From positions 1-22,572 of the forward strand of contig JAYNIA010000035.1 in assembly GCA_038108555.1 (NCBI GenBank): a stretch of 22,572 bases of DNA, read 5' to 3'. The stretch comes from Nitrospinota bacterium. GTDB lineage: Bacteria; Nitrospinota; Nitrospinia; Nitrospinales; VA-1. The notes beneath the pieces are model-generated. The model saw only the letters and a program-made list of their open reading frames with translations. It made no database searches and was not told the DNA's origin. The translations under genes were made by a program, and so were the position numbers. Numbering within the stretch: position 1 is the first letter of the stretch; the number at the start of each line of letters is the position of its first letter. Positions 1 to 8,885 of the stretch are shown piece by piece.

Positions 1-283
1 TGACTGCAGGCAATGCATTGGATTCCTTGATAACATCTGCGGCTGCAAGAAAATCACCTTCAGCGACATGTTTGATAAAATCCGGAATGGCAACACGGAC
101 TGGGCAACCCATCACACATTTTGGTTTTTTACACTGGATACAACGTGCCGCCTCCAGTTGAGCCATTGCAGGAGTGTAACCCAAACTCACTTCCTTAAAG
201 TTCTTCCTTCTCTCTTCCGGACTTTGTTCTGGAGCCATAGTCCGTGGAGCTTTATTTTTTCCTTTAGTGGGATTCTTATCCAT
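1..283 (-). CDS. nfnB: NfnB/SudA (GltD-like) large subunit of NADH-dependent reduced ferredoxin:NADP+ oxidoreductase; 5' part only, runs off the window
   Basis: Not in the ORF track. Manual translation from ATG at 283: MDKNPTKGKNKAPRTMAPEQSPEERRKNFKEVSLGYTPAMAQLEAARCIQCKKPKCVMGCPVRVAIPDFIKHVAEGDFLAAADVIKESNALPAV. It has the EAARCxxCxxxxCxxGCP Fe-S motif and lies 33 bp downstream of nfnA. Confidence 0.88.
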   Translation of the reverse strand, partial: MDKNPTKGKNKAPRTMAPEQSPEERRKNFKEVSLGYTPAMAQLEAARCIQCKKPKCVMGCPVRVAIPDFIKHVAEGDFLAAADVIKESNALPAV

Positions 284-316
284 AACAAATTAATTTATTT
301 TTTACGCGGAAATCTT

Positions 317-1162
317 TTAGTGGCGACAGGTTCCCTCGGTATCGTTTAAATACTTTTCTTTTGCTTCGGCTTCTTCCGAGACATAGGTTTTTAGCCGGTT
401 GAGCAAACCCTCGAAATCGACTTCATGTCCATCGAACTCAGGACCATCCACACAGGCAAATTTCATTTCTCCATCTACGGTCACCCTACAGGCACCACAC
501 ATCCCCGTCCCATCAATCATAATTGGGTTTAAACTGACCATGGTTTTAATTCCATGTGGACGGGTTAGATCTGCAACCGCTTTCATCATAATCACTGGCC
601 CAATAGCAATTACAAGATCTATAGATTCATTTTCATCAATTATAGTTTGAAGAATATCTGTCACTCTCCCTTTTGGACCATAGCTTCCATCATCGGTAAC
701 AATACGAACATCCGTTGATGCCTTTTCCATTTCATCTTCCAAAATTAATCGTTCAATCGTTTGTGCCCCTAATATAGAGATGGTTTTGTTTCCTGCCCGG
801 GTCAATGCATTCGCAATTGGATGAATGGCCGCTATTCCAAACCCACCTCCTATTAGCACCACGGTGCCGAACAAATCTATTTTACTGGGATTTCCTAACG
901 GGCCAACCATATCTAATATTGTATCACCGGAATTCATAAGCCCCATTTCCAGCGAAGTTTTTCCAACGGCTTGTACATATAGCGTTAAAGTCCCTTGAAT
1001 TCGATCAAAATCGGAAATAGTAATAGGAATGCGCTCACCCAACTCGTCAAGACGAAGGATGACAAATTGCCCGGGTTGCGCTTTTTTGGCTATATCAGGT
1101 GCCTGGATTTGGAACCGAAAAACCTGAGGAGCCAACTGTTTTTTTTCCAAAATTTCAAACAT
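317..1162 (-). CDS. nfnA: NfnA/SudB small subunit (FAD/NAD-binding, [2Fe-2S]) of ferredoxin:NADP+ oxidoreductase / sulfide dehydrogenase
   Basis: 281 aa; PGQFVIL, ERIPITI, GPLG, GGGFG, IGPVIMM, DGTGMCGACRV and CVDGPEF motifs; followed by an nfnB-like gene. Confidence 0.92.
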   Translation of the reverse strand: MFEILEKKQLAPQVFRFQIQAPDIAKKAQPGQFVILRLDELGERIPITISDFDRIQGTLTLYVQAVGKTSLEMGLMNSGDTILDMVGPLGNPSKIDLFGTVVLIGGGFGIAAIHPIANALTRAGNKTISILGAQTIERLILEDEMEKASTDVRIVTDDGSYGPKGRVTDILQTIIDENESIDLVIAIGPVIMMKAVADLTRPHGIKTMVSLNPIMIDGTGMCGACRVTVDGEMKFACVDGPEFDGHEVDFEGLLNRLKTYVSEEAEAKEKYLNDTEGTCRH

Positions 1163-1403
1163 GTTTTAGTGAAAAGGGAAAACAAAGGTCATTTGAGAGT
1201 TTATTCAAACACTCCTTATTATAATAAAGATATTTTCAAAGAATTAATTATTCCAAAGTTTTCATAACTACAATAAATATTTAAAACAACCTAATGGAAT
1301 TAAGTGACAAAAGTATTTATCTTTATAAAAGGACCTTAGAAAAATTGTTTTTGGAACTTTTTTAACAAATCGCCAGAAATCTAAAGGAAAAAAATAGCAA
1401 GAA

Positions 1404-2687
1404 ATGCGTATTGGGTTAAAAATGGTATTTTTATCAATATATCTGGTTTTGCTTTTCCCTGCTTCGGGTTCTGCAGAATTGTTGAGCCCTCCCTGGACCA
1501 AAACAACACCTGAAAAAGAAAAAATTATTCGACTACATTTTTTCTGGTCAAAAACCTGCCCCCATTGCAAAAAAGCAAAACCCTTTGTGCATGAACTGGC
1601 ACAGTCGCATAGCTGGTTGGAACTTAATTCTTACGAGATAAGCGAAAGCCCGGAAAATTCCCGCTTATACAGAAATCTTTCAAAAAAAATCGGCAAAGAA
1701 AATTTGGCAGTACCCGCATTTTTATTTTGCGGGAAGGCCTTGATCGGTTATCTGAGCAAGGAAACAACCGGAATACAATTACGTTCAGAGCTTTTAAGCT
1801 GCCGGAGATCACTTGTTCGAGAAAAAAGTGGAAGCGTGGCAATTGCTTCTGAAAAAAATAAAATTTCTCTGCCCTTATTGGGAGATTTTTCCCCAAAAGA
1901 CATGTCATTACCGGCTTTTACAATTGTCATCGCTGGTTTGGACGCTTTCAACCCCTGCGCCTTTTTCGTTTTATTATTGATGCTGAGCTTATTGGTCAAC
2001 GCAAAAGACCGCAAAAAAATGCTGATAATCGGAGGGGTATTTGTGTTTTTTTCCGGTTTCATGTATTTCATTTTCATGGCGGCCTGGCTAAACCTTTTCC
2101 TTTACCTTGGAGAGATAAGGACAATAACCGTCATTGCTGCCGTAATTGCAATAGGGGTCTCATTAATAAATATAAAAGACTTTTTTCTATTTAAAAAAGG
2201 AATATCACTATCTATACCTGACAGTGCCAAACCCAATCTTTACGGAAGGATAAGAGGATTAATGAATGCCCCCAACCTTCCAACCCTGATTCTTGGAACA
2301 GCCATGCTCGCTATTGTTGCCAATTCCTATGAATTGTTGTGTACTTCCGGGTTCCCCATGGTTTTTACCCGACTCCTCACACTTCACCAACTTACTTCAT
2401 TGGGTTATTATATTTATCTGGTGCTTTACAATATTATTTATGTGATCCCATTAATGGTAATTGTTTGGGTTTTTAGCAGAACACTTGGAGCAAGGAAGCT
2501 GAGTGAAAAAGAAGGACGTATCCTGAAACTTGTGTCCGGATTGATGATGCTTGAGTTAGGGTTATTGTTACTTGTGGCTCCTAATTTACTCAATAATCTT
2601 TTCACAGCGATTGCACTGATCACCCTGGCTATTGTTCTTGCCGGGGCAATTATTTATGGCGATAAAAAATTTCGCGAAGCTAAATAA
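1404..2687 (+). CDS. Membrane redox protein: exported thioredoxin/glutaredoxin domain fused to a DsbD/CcdA-like transmembrane domain
   Basis: 427 aa; N-terminal signal-like segment, FWSKTCPHC active site, membrane cysteines in DAFNPCAFFVL and YELLCT, about 7 hydrophobic helices. Confidence 0.8.
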   Translation: MRIGLKMVFLSIYLVLLFPASGSAELLSPPWTKTTPEKEKIIRLHFFWSKTCPHCKKAKPFVHELAQSHSWLELNSYEISESPENSRLYRNLSKKIGKENLAVPAFLFCGKALIGYLSKETTGIQLRSELLSCRRSLVREKSGSVAIASEKNKISLPLLGDFSPKDMSLPAFTIVIAGLDAFNPCAFFVLLLMLSLLVNAKDRKKMLIIGGVFVFFSGFMYFIFMAAWLNLFLYLGEIRTITVIAAVIAIGVSLINIKDFFLFKKGISLSIPDSAKPNLYGRIRGLMNAPNLPTLILGTAMLAIVANSYELLCTSGFPMVFTRLLTLHQLTSLGYYIYLVLYNIIYVIPLMVIVWVFSRTLGARKLSEKEGRILKLVSGLMMLELGLLLLVAPNLLNNLFTAIALITLAIVLAGAIIYGDKKFREAK

Positions 2688-2702
2688 ATATAAAATAAGT
2701 CT

Positions 2703-3185
2703 TTAACTTTCCTCAGGATAAGATTTACTCAGATGTAATACATAGTCTGCTTCATCCTTTACCAGCAAGGGAGGTTTTTGACCCTGAGTTTCGGCAGACG
2801 ATTTAGTTTTCTCTTGAGGCTTCTCCAATTTTCGCGTTTTAGAAACTACCGACACACGATCTCCTGCTTTCCAGGGTTCGGACTCTCCCACTTTACGCTC
2901 GATAGCAATTACCAGGATATGATGCGTATTTCCTCGGAACTCAAGTTTACGATTATCCCTTACCCGCCGCTCCTGTTGCACAGATGGGGAATAACTTTCT
3001 CGTCGTTCCCTCAACCGGGTATCTCTCACCCTCAAAATAACCCCTTCACTTGAATGGGAGGATGAAGAGTTTGGAACCGGTCCAAGGCCCCCACTAAGAG
3101 GCAAGGTCCAGTAAGGAGAATTAATTCTGCTTATTTGTTTTTCAGGTTCTGTTCCCTTATTTCGGTCTATTGGCGAAATATGCAT
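2703..3185 (-). CDS. Hypothetical protein
   Basis: 160 aa ATG-started ORF that fills the space between convergent and divergent neighbours; hydrophilic, Ser/Arg/Glu-rich; no recognised motif. Confidence 0.55.
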   Translation of the reverse strand: MHISPIDRNKGTEPEKQISRINSPYWTLPLSGGLGPVPNSSSSHSSEGVILRVRDTRLRERRESYSPSVQQERRVRDNRKLEFRGNTHHILVIAIERKVGESEPWKAGDRVSVVSKTRKLEKPQEKTKSSAETQGQKPPLLVKDEADYVLHLSKSYPEES

Positions 3186-3323
3186 AATTCACTCGTATTT
3201 TTAGAAAAAATGTCTATCTATTATAAGGATATCATCCAAATTCAAAATATTCCTAGAAATAAGTGTTTCATTTTTAAAGGTTTATCTTTAGGTCGCGGGA
3301 AATTTCTTGGGGAATTTATTGAT

Positions 3324-3337
3324 TTGATTATGATCTA
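3324..3337 (+). promoter_or_regulatory. Putative FNR/Crp-family binding site upstream of fhs
   Basis: TTGAT-TATG-ATCTA, 9/10 match to TTGAT-N4-ATCAA, ending 60 bp before the fhs ATG; -10-like TATAAG at 3362-3367. Confidence 0.4.
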
Positions 3338-3397
3338 AAACTTAAGAGGGTTAAGATATTTTATAAGGCAATTTAAATTTATTTAAATACCCTAAAT

Positions 3398-5026
3398 ATG
3401 AAATCCATCCTTGAAATTGCAGGAACTCTGGGGCTTAAAGAATCGGATCTAATTCCCTATGGGTTCGATAAAGCCAAAGTTCGGTTGGAAGTCCTCAAAA
3501 AGTTTCAACCCAAGGGCAAACTGATATTAGTTTCTGCCATCACACCAACTGCCGCAGGAGAAGGAAAAACAACGACAACCATTGGTTTGGGTCAAGCCAT
3601 GAAACAATTGGGGAAATCCGTTTGCCTGGCTTTACGCGAACCGTCATTAGGACCCAGCCTGGGAATGAAAGGGGGAGCAACCGGTGGAGGCAAAAGCCAG
3701 GTCCTACCTGTTGAAGATATCAACCTTCATTTTACGGGCGATTTTCATGCAGTCACCTCCGCTCATAATTTGCTTGCCGCAATGTTGGACAACACTATTC
3801 ACCACAAAGGCCTTGCGGATATTGATCCCCGTCGAATTTTATGGAGACGGGTCCTCGACATGAATGACCGAGCCCTTCGAAATATCATTATCGGCCTGGG
3901 TGGAGTTATGCAAGGGGTTCCTCGAGAATCCGGGTTTGACATAACTGCAGCTTCAGAAATAATGGCGATATTATGTCTCTCTGAAAGTTATGAAGATCTA
4001 AAGGATCGTCTGGAAAATATTCTTGTAGCTTTTACTTATCATGGAAAGCCTGTCACGGCTAAATCTATCAACACTTCCGGAGCTATGTTGGCATTGCTAA
4101 AAGATGCACTGCTTCCGAATTTGGCACAAACCACGGAAGGAGTACCCGCTTTTATTCATGGCGGTCCTTTTGCAAATATCGCCCATGGGTGCAATTCCGT
4201 TTTAGCAACTAAAATGGCTCTTGCGCTTTCGGATTGGGCCATCACAGAGGCCGGGTTTGGATTTGACCTGGGTGCTGAAAAATTTTTCGATATTAAATGT
4301 CAAAGCTCAGGGTTAGATACTGCTGCAGTGGTTTTGGTTGCCACTTGTCGAGCTTTAAAATCCCATGGGGGTGTAAAAAAATCGGATCTTGAAAAATTAA
4401 ATACCCAGGCTGTTAAAAAAGGACTGCCCAATCTGGACCATCATGTAGAAAACATCAAACAGTTTTGTGAACCGCCCATTGTTTGCCTGAATATTTTTGA
4501 GGGCGATCATCCCGAAGAAATTTCCCTGGTTCAAAAACATTGCGAGGAAAACCTGAAGGTTCCCTTTGCCGAAAGTAACGTTTTTAAAGAAGGGGGTAAG
4601 GGAGGAATAGAATTGGCAGAAAAAGTAATCCTACAATCAGAAAAAAAGGAACATCGATTTTGCCCCCTTTACCACTGGAAAGAAGATGTGAAAACAAAAA
4701 TTTGGAAGATAGCCCATAAAATGTACGGTGCCAATGAAATAAAATATACCCCAAAAGCGGAGAGAGACCTCGGTTCCATTGAAAACCTGGGGTATCAAAA
4801 TCTTCCTGTCTGTATCGCAAAAACGCCTGCTTCGCTAACCGATGACCCGAAACGTTTGGGCCGACCGGAAAATTTTGCGGTAACGGTTCGCGAAATTTTG
4901 GTTGCAGCAGGAGCTGGATTCCTCATTCCGCTCACAGGCGATATCCTGAGAATGCCCGGGTTGCCCAAATCACCGCAAGCAGAAAAAATTGATTTGAAAG
5001 GAAATAATATTACCGGACTAAAATGA
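3398..5026 (+). CDS. fhs: Formate--tetrahydrofolate ligase
   Basis: 542 aa; TPTAAGEGKTTT, LREPSLGP, GMKGGATGGG, INLHFTGDFHA, HGGPFANIAHGCNS, TEAGFGFDLGAEKF, MPGLP. Confidence 0.97.
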   Translation: MKSILEIAGTLGLKESDLIPYGFDKAKVRLEVLKKFQPKGKLILVSAITPTAAGEGKTTTTIGLGQAMKQLGKSVCLALREPSLGPSLGMKGGATGGGKSQVLPVEDINLHFTGDFHAVTSAHNLLAAMLDNTIHHKGLADIDPRRILWRRVLDMNDRALRNIIIGLGGVMQGVPRESGFDITAASEIMAILCLSESYEDLKDRLENILVAFTYHGKPVTAKSINTSGAMLALLKDALLPNLAQTTEGVPAFIHGGPFANIAHGCNSVLATKMALALSDWAITEAGFGFDLGAEKFFDIKCQSSGLDTAAVVLVATCRALKSHGGVKKSDLEKLNTQAVKKGLPNLDHHVENIKQFCEPPIVCLNIFEGDHPEEISLVQKHCEENLKVPFAESNVFKEGGKGGIELAEKVILQSEKKEHRFCPLYHWKEDVKTKIWKIAHKMYGANEIKYTPKAERDLGSIENLGYQNLPVCIAKTPASLTDDPKRLGRPENFAVTVREILVAAGAGFLIPLTGDILRMPGLPKSPQAEKIDLKGNNITGLK

Positions 5027-5039
5027 AAGGCTCTTCTCA

Positions 5040-6479
5040 ATGATAGGAGAAATTGAAACTTTAAGGTTGCTTTACATTGCTTTGGGCCCGGGAATAGCCC
5101 TCTCTATATTTATTTACTATTCCGACAGATGGGACAGGGAACCCAAGCAATTGGCAATTAAATGTTTTTTCCTGGGAGGACTTGCAGTTTTTCCATCCTA
5201 TTATTTCGAAGGAATTGCCGAAACAACCATTGGCATAAATGATTTTACAGACAAACTGGACCCGTTTTATTGGCCCAAGATTATTTTTTACGCTTTTTTT
5301 GGAGTGGCTCTTGCGGAAGAAGCTTGTAAATTTCTTTTTCTTAAGGCTTTTGTTGTAGATGATAAAGAGTTCAATGAACCCTTTGATGGAATTATCTTCG
5401 GAGGTTTAGTCGGTTGTGGCTTTGCAACCGTAGAAAATATTTTGTATGTGTTGCCTCAGGGGCAGGAAGTTGGAATTGCCAGGATGGTAACCGCCATACC
5501 TGGCCACGCCTTCTTTGGCATCATTATGGGTTACTTTCTTGGTCGAGCGAAATTTAGTATCAATCGCGTTAAACATTTGACCAAGGGGTTGGCAGTGGTG
5601 GTCACCCTTCATGGAATTTATGACACTGCTGCTTTTGCAAATAAATCCTGGTCTTTTATTCTGATGTTTGGAATTATTTTTCTCGGGATTTATCTCGGCC
5701 TGAAAGCAAAAAGAGAGCTGGAAAAACTTGGCACCGTTATTGAGTTTTCTGAAAAACAATATTTTCCCACAAAAGGGCCTCAAAAAAAGGTTCCTTTACA
5801 TTTAAAAGATATACGCTGCCTTTTATCCCAGGGTAAACTTTTGCCAGAAGACAGTCTTATAGATAAGAAAACCGGGAAAGCAAAAAGTATTCGCGAGATT
5901 TTTTCATCAAAAATCATTTCTCAATACAAAAATATACCTAAAATCCCTTTCTGCGGCTTACCGGTAAAGTTTTTTCTGATTTTTTACCAGGTGACATTTG
6001 GATTCTACCTGTATTTCTGGTTTCTTGGGAATTATCGGGATTTTTCAAGTTATAAAAATTTAAAGCTCAACCCCGAACTTCTTGCGCTGGGCTTGTTCAT
6101 ATTCACTGTTCTTCCTTATTATTTCTACGGAATTGTCCAAAATTACATAGAGGCAAACGGGTTTAGCCGGGAAATAAATGTTTGCTTTAATTTAGCCATT
6201 GCAGGAATAGAATCTACTTTTCTATATTTTCAATTTAAAATGTTCTCCAGGTTTTTGAAAAATAACATGGATAAACCTTTTCCTCTTTTGCCAGTTATAT
6301 TTTCATTTTTTATTTTCAGTGGATTAAAAAAAGTATTACCATTGTCTATACCTTTTTATATTCTCTGGAAAATGGGTTTGACTTTTTTTCAGGGCGGGGT
6401 TTTGGCTTTTGTCCAGCGGGATTTAAATCTTTACTGGAGGCTTGAAAATGAAAAGAAGCAAAGTACATATTGTTACTAA
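5040..6479 (+). CDS. prsW: PrsW-family glutamic intramembrane protease with C-terminal extension
   Basis: 479 aa; DRWDREP, EEACK (EExxK), FNEPFDGII, GFATVEN, PGHA and HGIYD motifs in the N-terminal half; extra soluble and membrane segments follow. Confidence 0.85.
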   Translation: MIGEIETLRLLYIALGPGIALSIFIYYSDRWDREPKQLAIKCFFLGGLAVFPSYYFEGIAETTIGINDFTDKLDPFYWPKIIFYAFFGVALAEEACKFLFLKAFVVDDKEFNEPFDGIIFGGLVGCGFATVENILYVLPQGQEVGIARMVTAIPGHAFFGIIMGYFLGRAKFSINRVKHLTKGLAVVVTLHGIYDTAAFANKSWSFILMFGIIFLGIYLGLKAKRELEKLGTVIEFSEKQYFPTKGPQKKVPLHLKDIRCLLSQGKLLPEDSLIDKKTGKAKSIREIFSSKIISQYKNIPKIPFCGLPVKFFLIFYQVTFGFYLYFWFLGNYRDFSSYKNLKLNPELLALGLFIFTVLPYYFYGIVQNYIEANGFSREINVCFNLAIAGIESTFLYFQFKMFSRFLKNNMDKPFPLLPVIFSFFIFSGLKKVLPLSIPFYILWKMGLTFFQGGVLAFVQRDLNLYWRLENEKKQSTYCY

Positions 6480-6506
6480 CCTAATACGGAAAAGGTTTCA
6501 GATTTC

Positions 6507-7097
6507 ATGATACTTTTTTTCGGGGTAGTGTTTCTCACAATAGCAGTCCCGGAGTCTTCATGGAGTAATGAAACCATCCACTGCACCCCGGCACCCGCTT
6601 ATCAGGCTCCTCCCTATGTAGAACCCAAAAAAGAGCCTGAAATCTCCAAATTACACTTGATTGATAATGGAGATGAAACTATTACCGATTTAGATTCCGG
6701 GCTCTTGTGGACAAAAAAAGACAGCTATGCAGATTTAGGGAAATGCCTTAACTGGCAGGAGTCTTTGGACTATGTGGAGAAACTGAAAACAGGTGGCTTT
6801 GATGACTGGCGAGTGCCGACCATTAAAGAGCTTTCCACATTATATGATCCTACAAAGGAAAACAATATGGCCTGGGATCATAACCCTGATTACCCCCTGG
6901 CTCTAGACGAAAATTTTGCCGACGGATCGGCATACTGGTTCTGGAGTAGCGAGAATAAAGATATTGAAAAAAAGAGGGGTTGTGCAAAAACCTTATATTT
7001 TGTCAAAGGGCTGGTCCATTTTCGCAATTTAAAACAGTGTAACAATGGCGGTGTCCGAGGCGTAAGAAATATGGATTTACCCATTGAAATCAAATAA
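6507..7097 (+). CDS. Secreted DUF1566 (Lcl C-terminal-like) domain protein
   Basis: Signal peptide; DNGDETITDLDSGLLW, NWQES, GGFDDWRVPTIKEL, WFWSS and terminal VRGVR are typical of DUF1566. Confidence 0.85.
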   Translation: MILFFGVVFLTIAVPESSWSNETIHCTPAPAYQAPPYVEPKKEPEISKLHLIDNGDETITDLDSGLLWTKKDSYADLGKCLNWQESLDYVEKLKTGGFDDWRVPTIKELSTLYDPTKENNMAWDHNPDYPLALDENFADGSAYWFWSSENKDIEKKRGCAKTLYFVKGLVHFRNLKQCNNGGVRGVRNMDLPIEIK

Positions 7098-7109
7098 GGT
7101 TTGATTTCT

Positions 7110-7664
7110 ATGAACAGGTTAAAAATAAGCGCTTCCTTGGTAGCTATAATAGGAACTCTTCTATTTCTCAATAACCATTTCCTTCAAACTGAAACCTGGG
7201 AAAACTATAACAAAAAGGGTATGGCGGCCTTTGGGAAAGGCAATTTTAAAGAAGCGGAAAGTAATTTTTTAAAAGCTTTGGAACTATGCAAATCATCACC
7301 TTTAAATTCCGGAGAACCTAGACTGTATTTCTCTCTAAACCAGTTGGCAGAGTTATACCGGATCCACTCCAAATTCAAAAAAGCCGAATCGATTCTTTTA
7401 CGTTTGCTGGAGATGGATAAAAACCAATTAGGTCCTACACATCCCAATATTGCCTTTGGCCTCAATAATCTTGCTGGGATTTACCGGTCACAGGGAAGGT
7501 TAAAAGAAGCTGAAGTTTTACTAAAACAAGCTATAGAAATAATCGAAACTTCATTTAATAAAGACCACCCTCTTGTAGAAAATCTCAATGAACATTATGC
7601 ACATTTACTGCATCAAATGGGTCGTCATTCTGAAGCGGAAAATTTAACATACCGGTTTCCATAA
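7110..7664 (+). CDS. Membrane-anchored tetratricopeptide repeat protein
   Basis: N-terminal TM helix; TPR_12-like repeats (SLNQLAELY, GPTHPNIAFGLNNLAGIYRSQGRLKEAE, DHPLV). ATG at 7110 preferred over TTG at 7101. Confidence 0.85.
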   Translation: MNRLKISASLVAIIGTLLFLNNHFLQTETWENYNKKGMAAFGKGNFKEAESNFLKALELCKSSPLNSGEPRLYFSLNQLAELYRIHSKFKKAESILLRLLEMDKNQLGPTHPNIAFGLNNLAGIYRSQGRLKEAEVLLKQAIEIIETSFNKDHPLVENLNEHYAHLLHQMGRHSEAENLTYRFP

Positions 7665-7873
7665 AATTTTTGGCATTAAAAATTGGGAAACCAGCAGGGC
7701 AAAAAACTACCTTGTTTGGGCATTTTTCATTTTTTAAAAATTTCCTTCAAAAATCTTTATAAAGCAGGAATATTTTAAAGTTTTCGCACCTCCAATATAT
7801 AGGGGTAGTTAAAGGATTTGGTCGAGGAAGTCAAATTAATCAATGTCTTTCAAGGGAATAAAAGGGGGTTGCT

Positions 7874-8275
7874 ATGCAAGACAAAACTGCTTCAGAAATC
7901 ATGACAAGTCCGGTTATTTCTGCCAAAAAAGAAACCTGGGTGCGGGATATTGCCAATCTGTTTGTGAATGAACAATATAGTGGAATGCCCGTTACTGGTA
8001 GCGATGGTTCTGTTATTGGGATTGTGACTGAAATTGATATTCTACAGGCAGTTAATGAGGGACATGAACTGGTGAAAGCGACAGCTGGCGAAATAATGAC
8101 CAAAGATGTTGCTACGGTTTCCTCGGATACTCCAATGACCGAAATGATCAAAATTATGAAAGATTTTCATATTATTCGTCTTCCAGTTGTTGAGAAGGGA
8201 AAGCTTGTGGGAATTGTGTCCCGGAGAGATATTATCCGAAACATGATCGAACCGGAATTTATGAGCAACCCTTAA
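7874..8275 (+). CDS. Stand-alone CBS-pair domain protein
   Basis: 133 aa; IMTSPVIS / SGMPV..GIVTEIDI and IMTKDV / RLPVVEKGKLVGIVSRRDI; AAGGGGG RBS. Confidence 0.93.
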   Translation: MQDKTASEIMTSPVISAKKETWVRDIANLFVNEQYSGMPVTGSDGSVIGIVTEIDILQAVNEGHELVKATAGEIMTKDVATVSSDTPMTEMIKIMKDFHIIRLPVVEKGKLVGIVSRRDIIRNMIEPEFMSNP

Positions 8276-8319
8276 GTTAACAACCAAATCTGAAAGGAAA
8301 TTAAAAAAGGAGGATTGCA

Positions 8320-8826
8320 ATGAATTTCAAAGAATGGGTTCCCTGGAATCGCAAGAAAGATGCAAATTTAGCCAAGGCTGATACAGATCATCCTATTTTT
8401 TCTCTACAAAGAGAAATGAATAATATGTTTGATAATTTTTCCAGATCTTTTTTTGACCCCTTCAACACCAAGGAGTTTGGGTTTAATCAGAGTGCTTTCA
8501 CTAAATTAGACGTGGTCGAAACGGAAAAAGAAATTAAGGTGACCGCAGAGCTCCCTGGAATGGAAGAGAATGACATTGAAGTGACCTTTTCAGGAGATGC
8601 GCTGGTTATTGAGGGAGAAAAGAAAGAAGAGCAGGAAGACAAAAAAGAAGGGTACTACCTCATGGAAAGGTCCTACGGGAGTTTCCACAGGGCTGTTCCA
8701 ATACCTAAAGGTGTGGACCGTGAAAAGGTAGAAGCGGAATTTAAAAATGGCGTATTAAAAGTTTCTTTACCAAAAACTGAAGAAGCTCAAAAAGAAATAA
8801 AAAAAATAAAGGTGAACAGTAATTAA
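8320..8826 (+). CDS. Hsp20/alpha-crystallin small heat shock protein
   Basis: LQREMNNMFDNF, AELPGM, ERSYGSFHRAVPIP, AEFKNGVLKVSLPK; AGGAGG RBS. Confidence 0.95.
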   Translation: MNFKEWVPWNRKKDANLAKADTDHPIFSLQREMNNMFDNFSRSFFDPFNTKEFGFNQSAFTKLDVVETEKEIKVTAELPGMEENDIEVTFSGDALVIEGEKKEEQEDKKEGYYLMERSYGSFHRAVPIPKGVDREKVEAEFKNGVLKVSLPKTEEAQKEIKKIKVNSN

Positions 8827-8885
8827 TAATTAATTTACCCTTTCCATTAGAACAGTAGTAATTTTGCAGTTAAAAGGAAAGTACA

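Noticed and set aside
68..349. 93-aa plus-strand ORF, and the many other 60-140 aa overlapping or antisense ORFs in the track
   Set aside because: They are shadow frames of well-supported genes (this one is antisense to nfnB) and have no motifs
1216..1227. Perfect palindrome TTATTATAATAA, and recurring TTATAA(A/G)G words in intergenic regions (~1321, 3221, 3361, 7755)
   Set aside because: Expected in AT-rich spacers, possibly just -10 elements; no properly spaced -35 or specific operator can be supported
3398..5026. Wood-Ljungdahl pathway locus
   Set aside because: No folD, metF, acsB, cooS or fdh in the window; fhs alone is not diagnostic
7665..7873. Sigma54-, FNR- or NarL-like sites upstream of the large operon (TGGCATTAAAAATTGG; half-sites AGGGGTA and ATCAA)
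   Set aside because: The sigma54 -12 GC is missing at the required spacing, and only half-sites are present for the others
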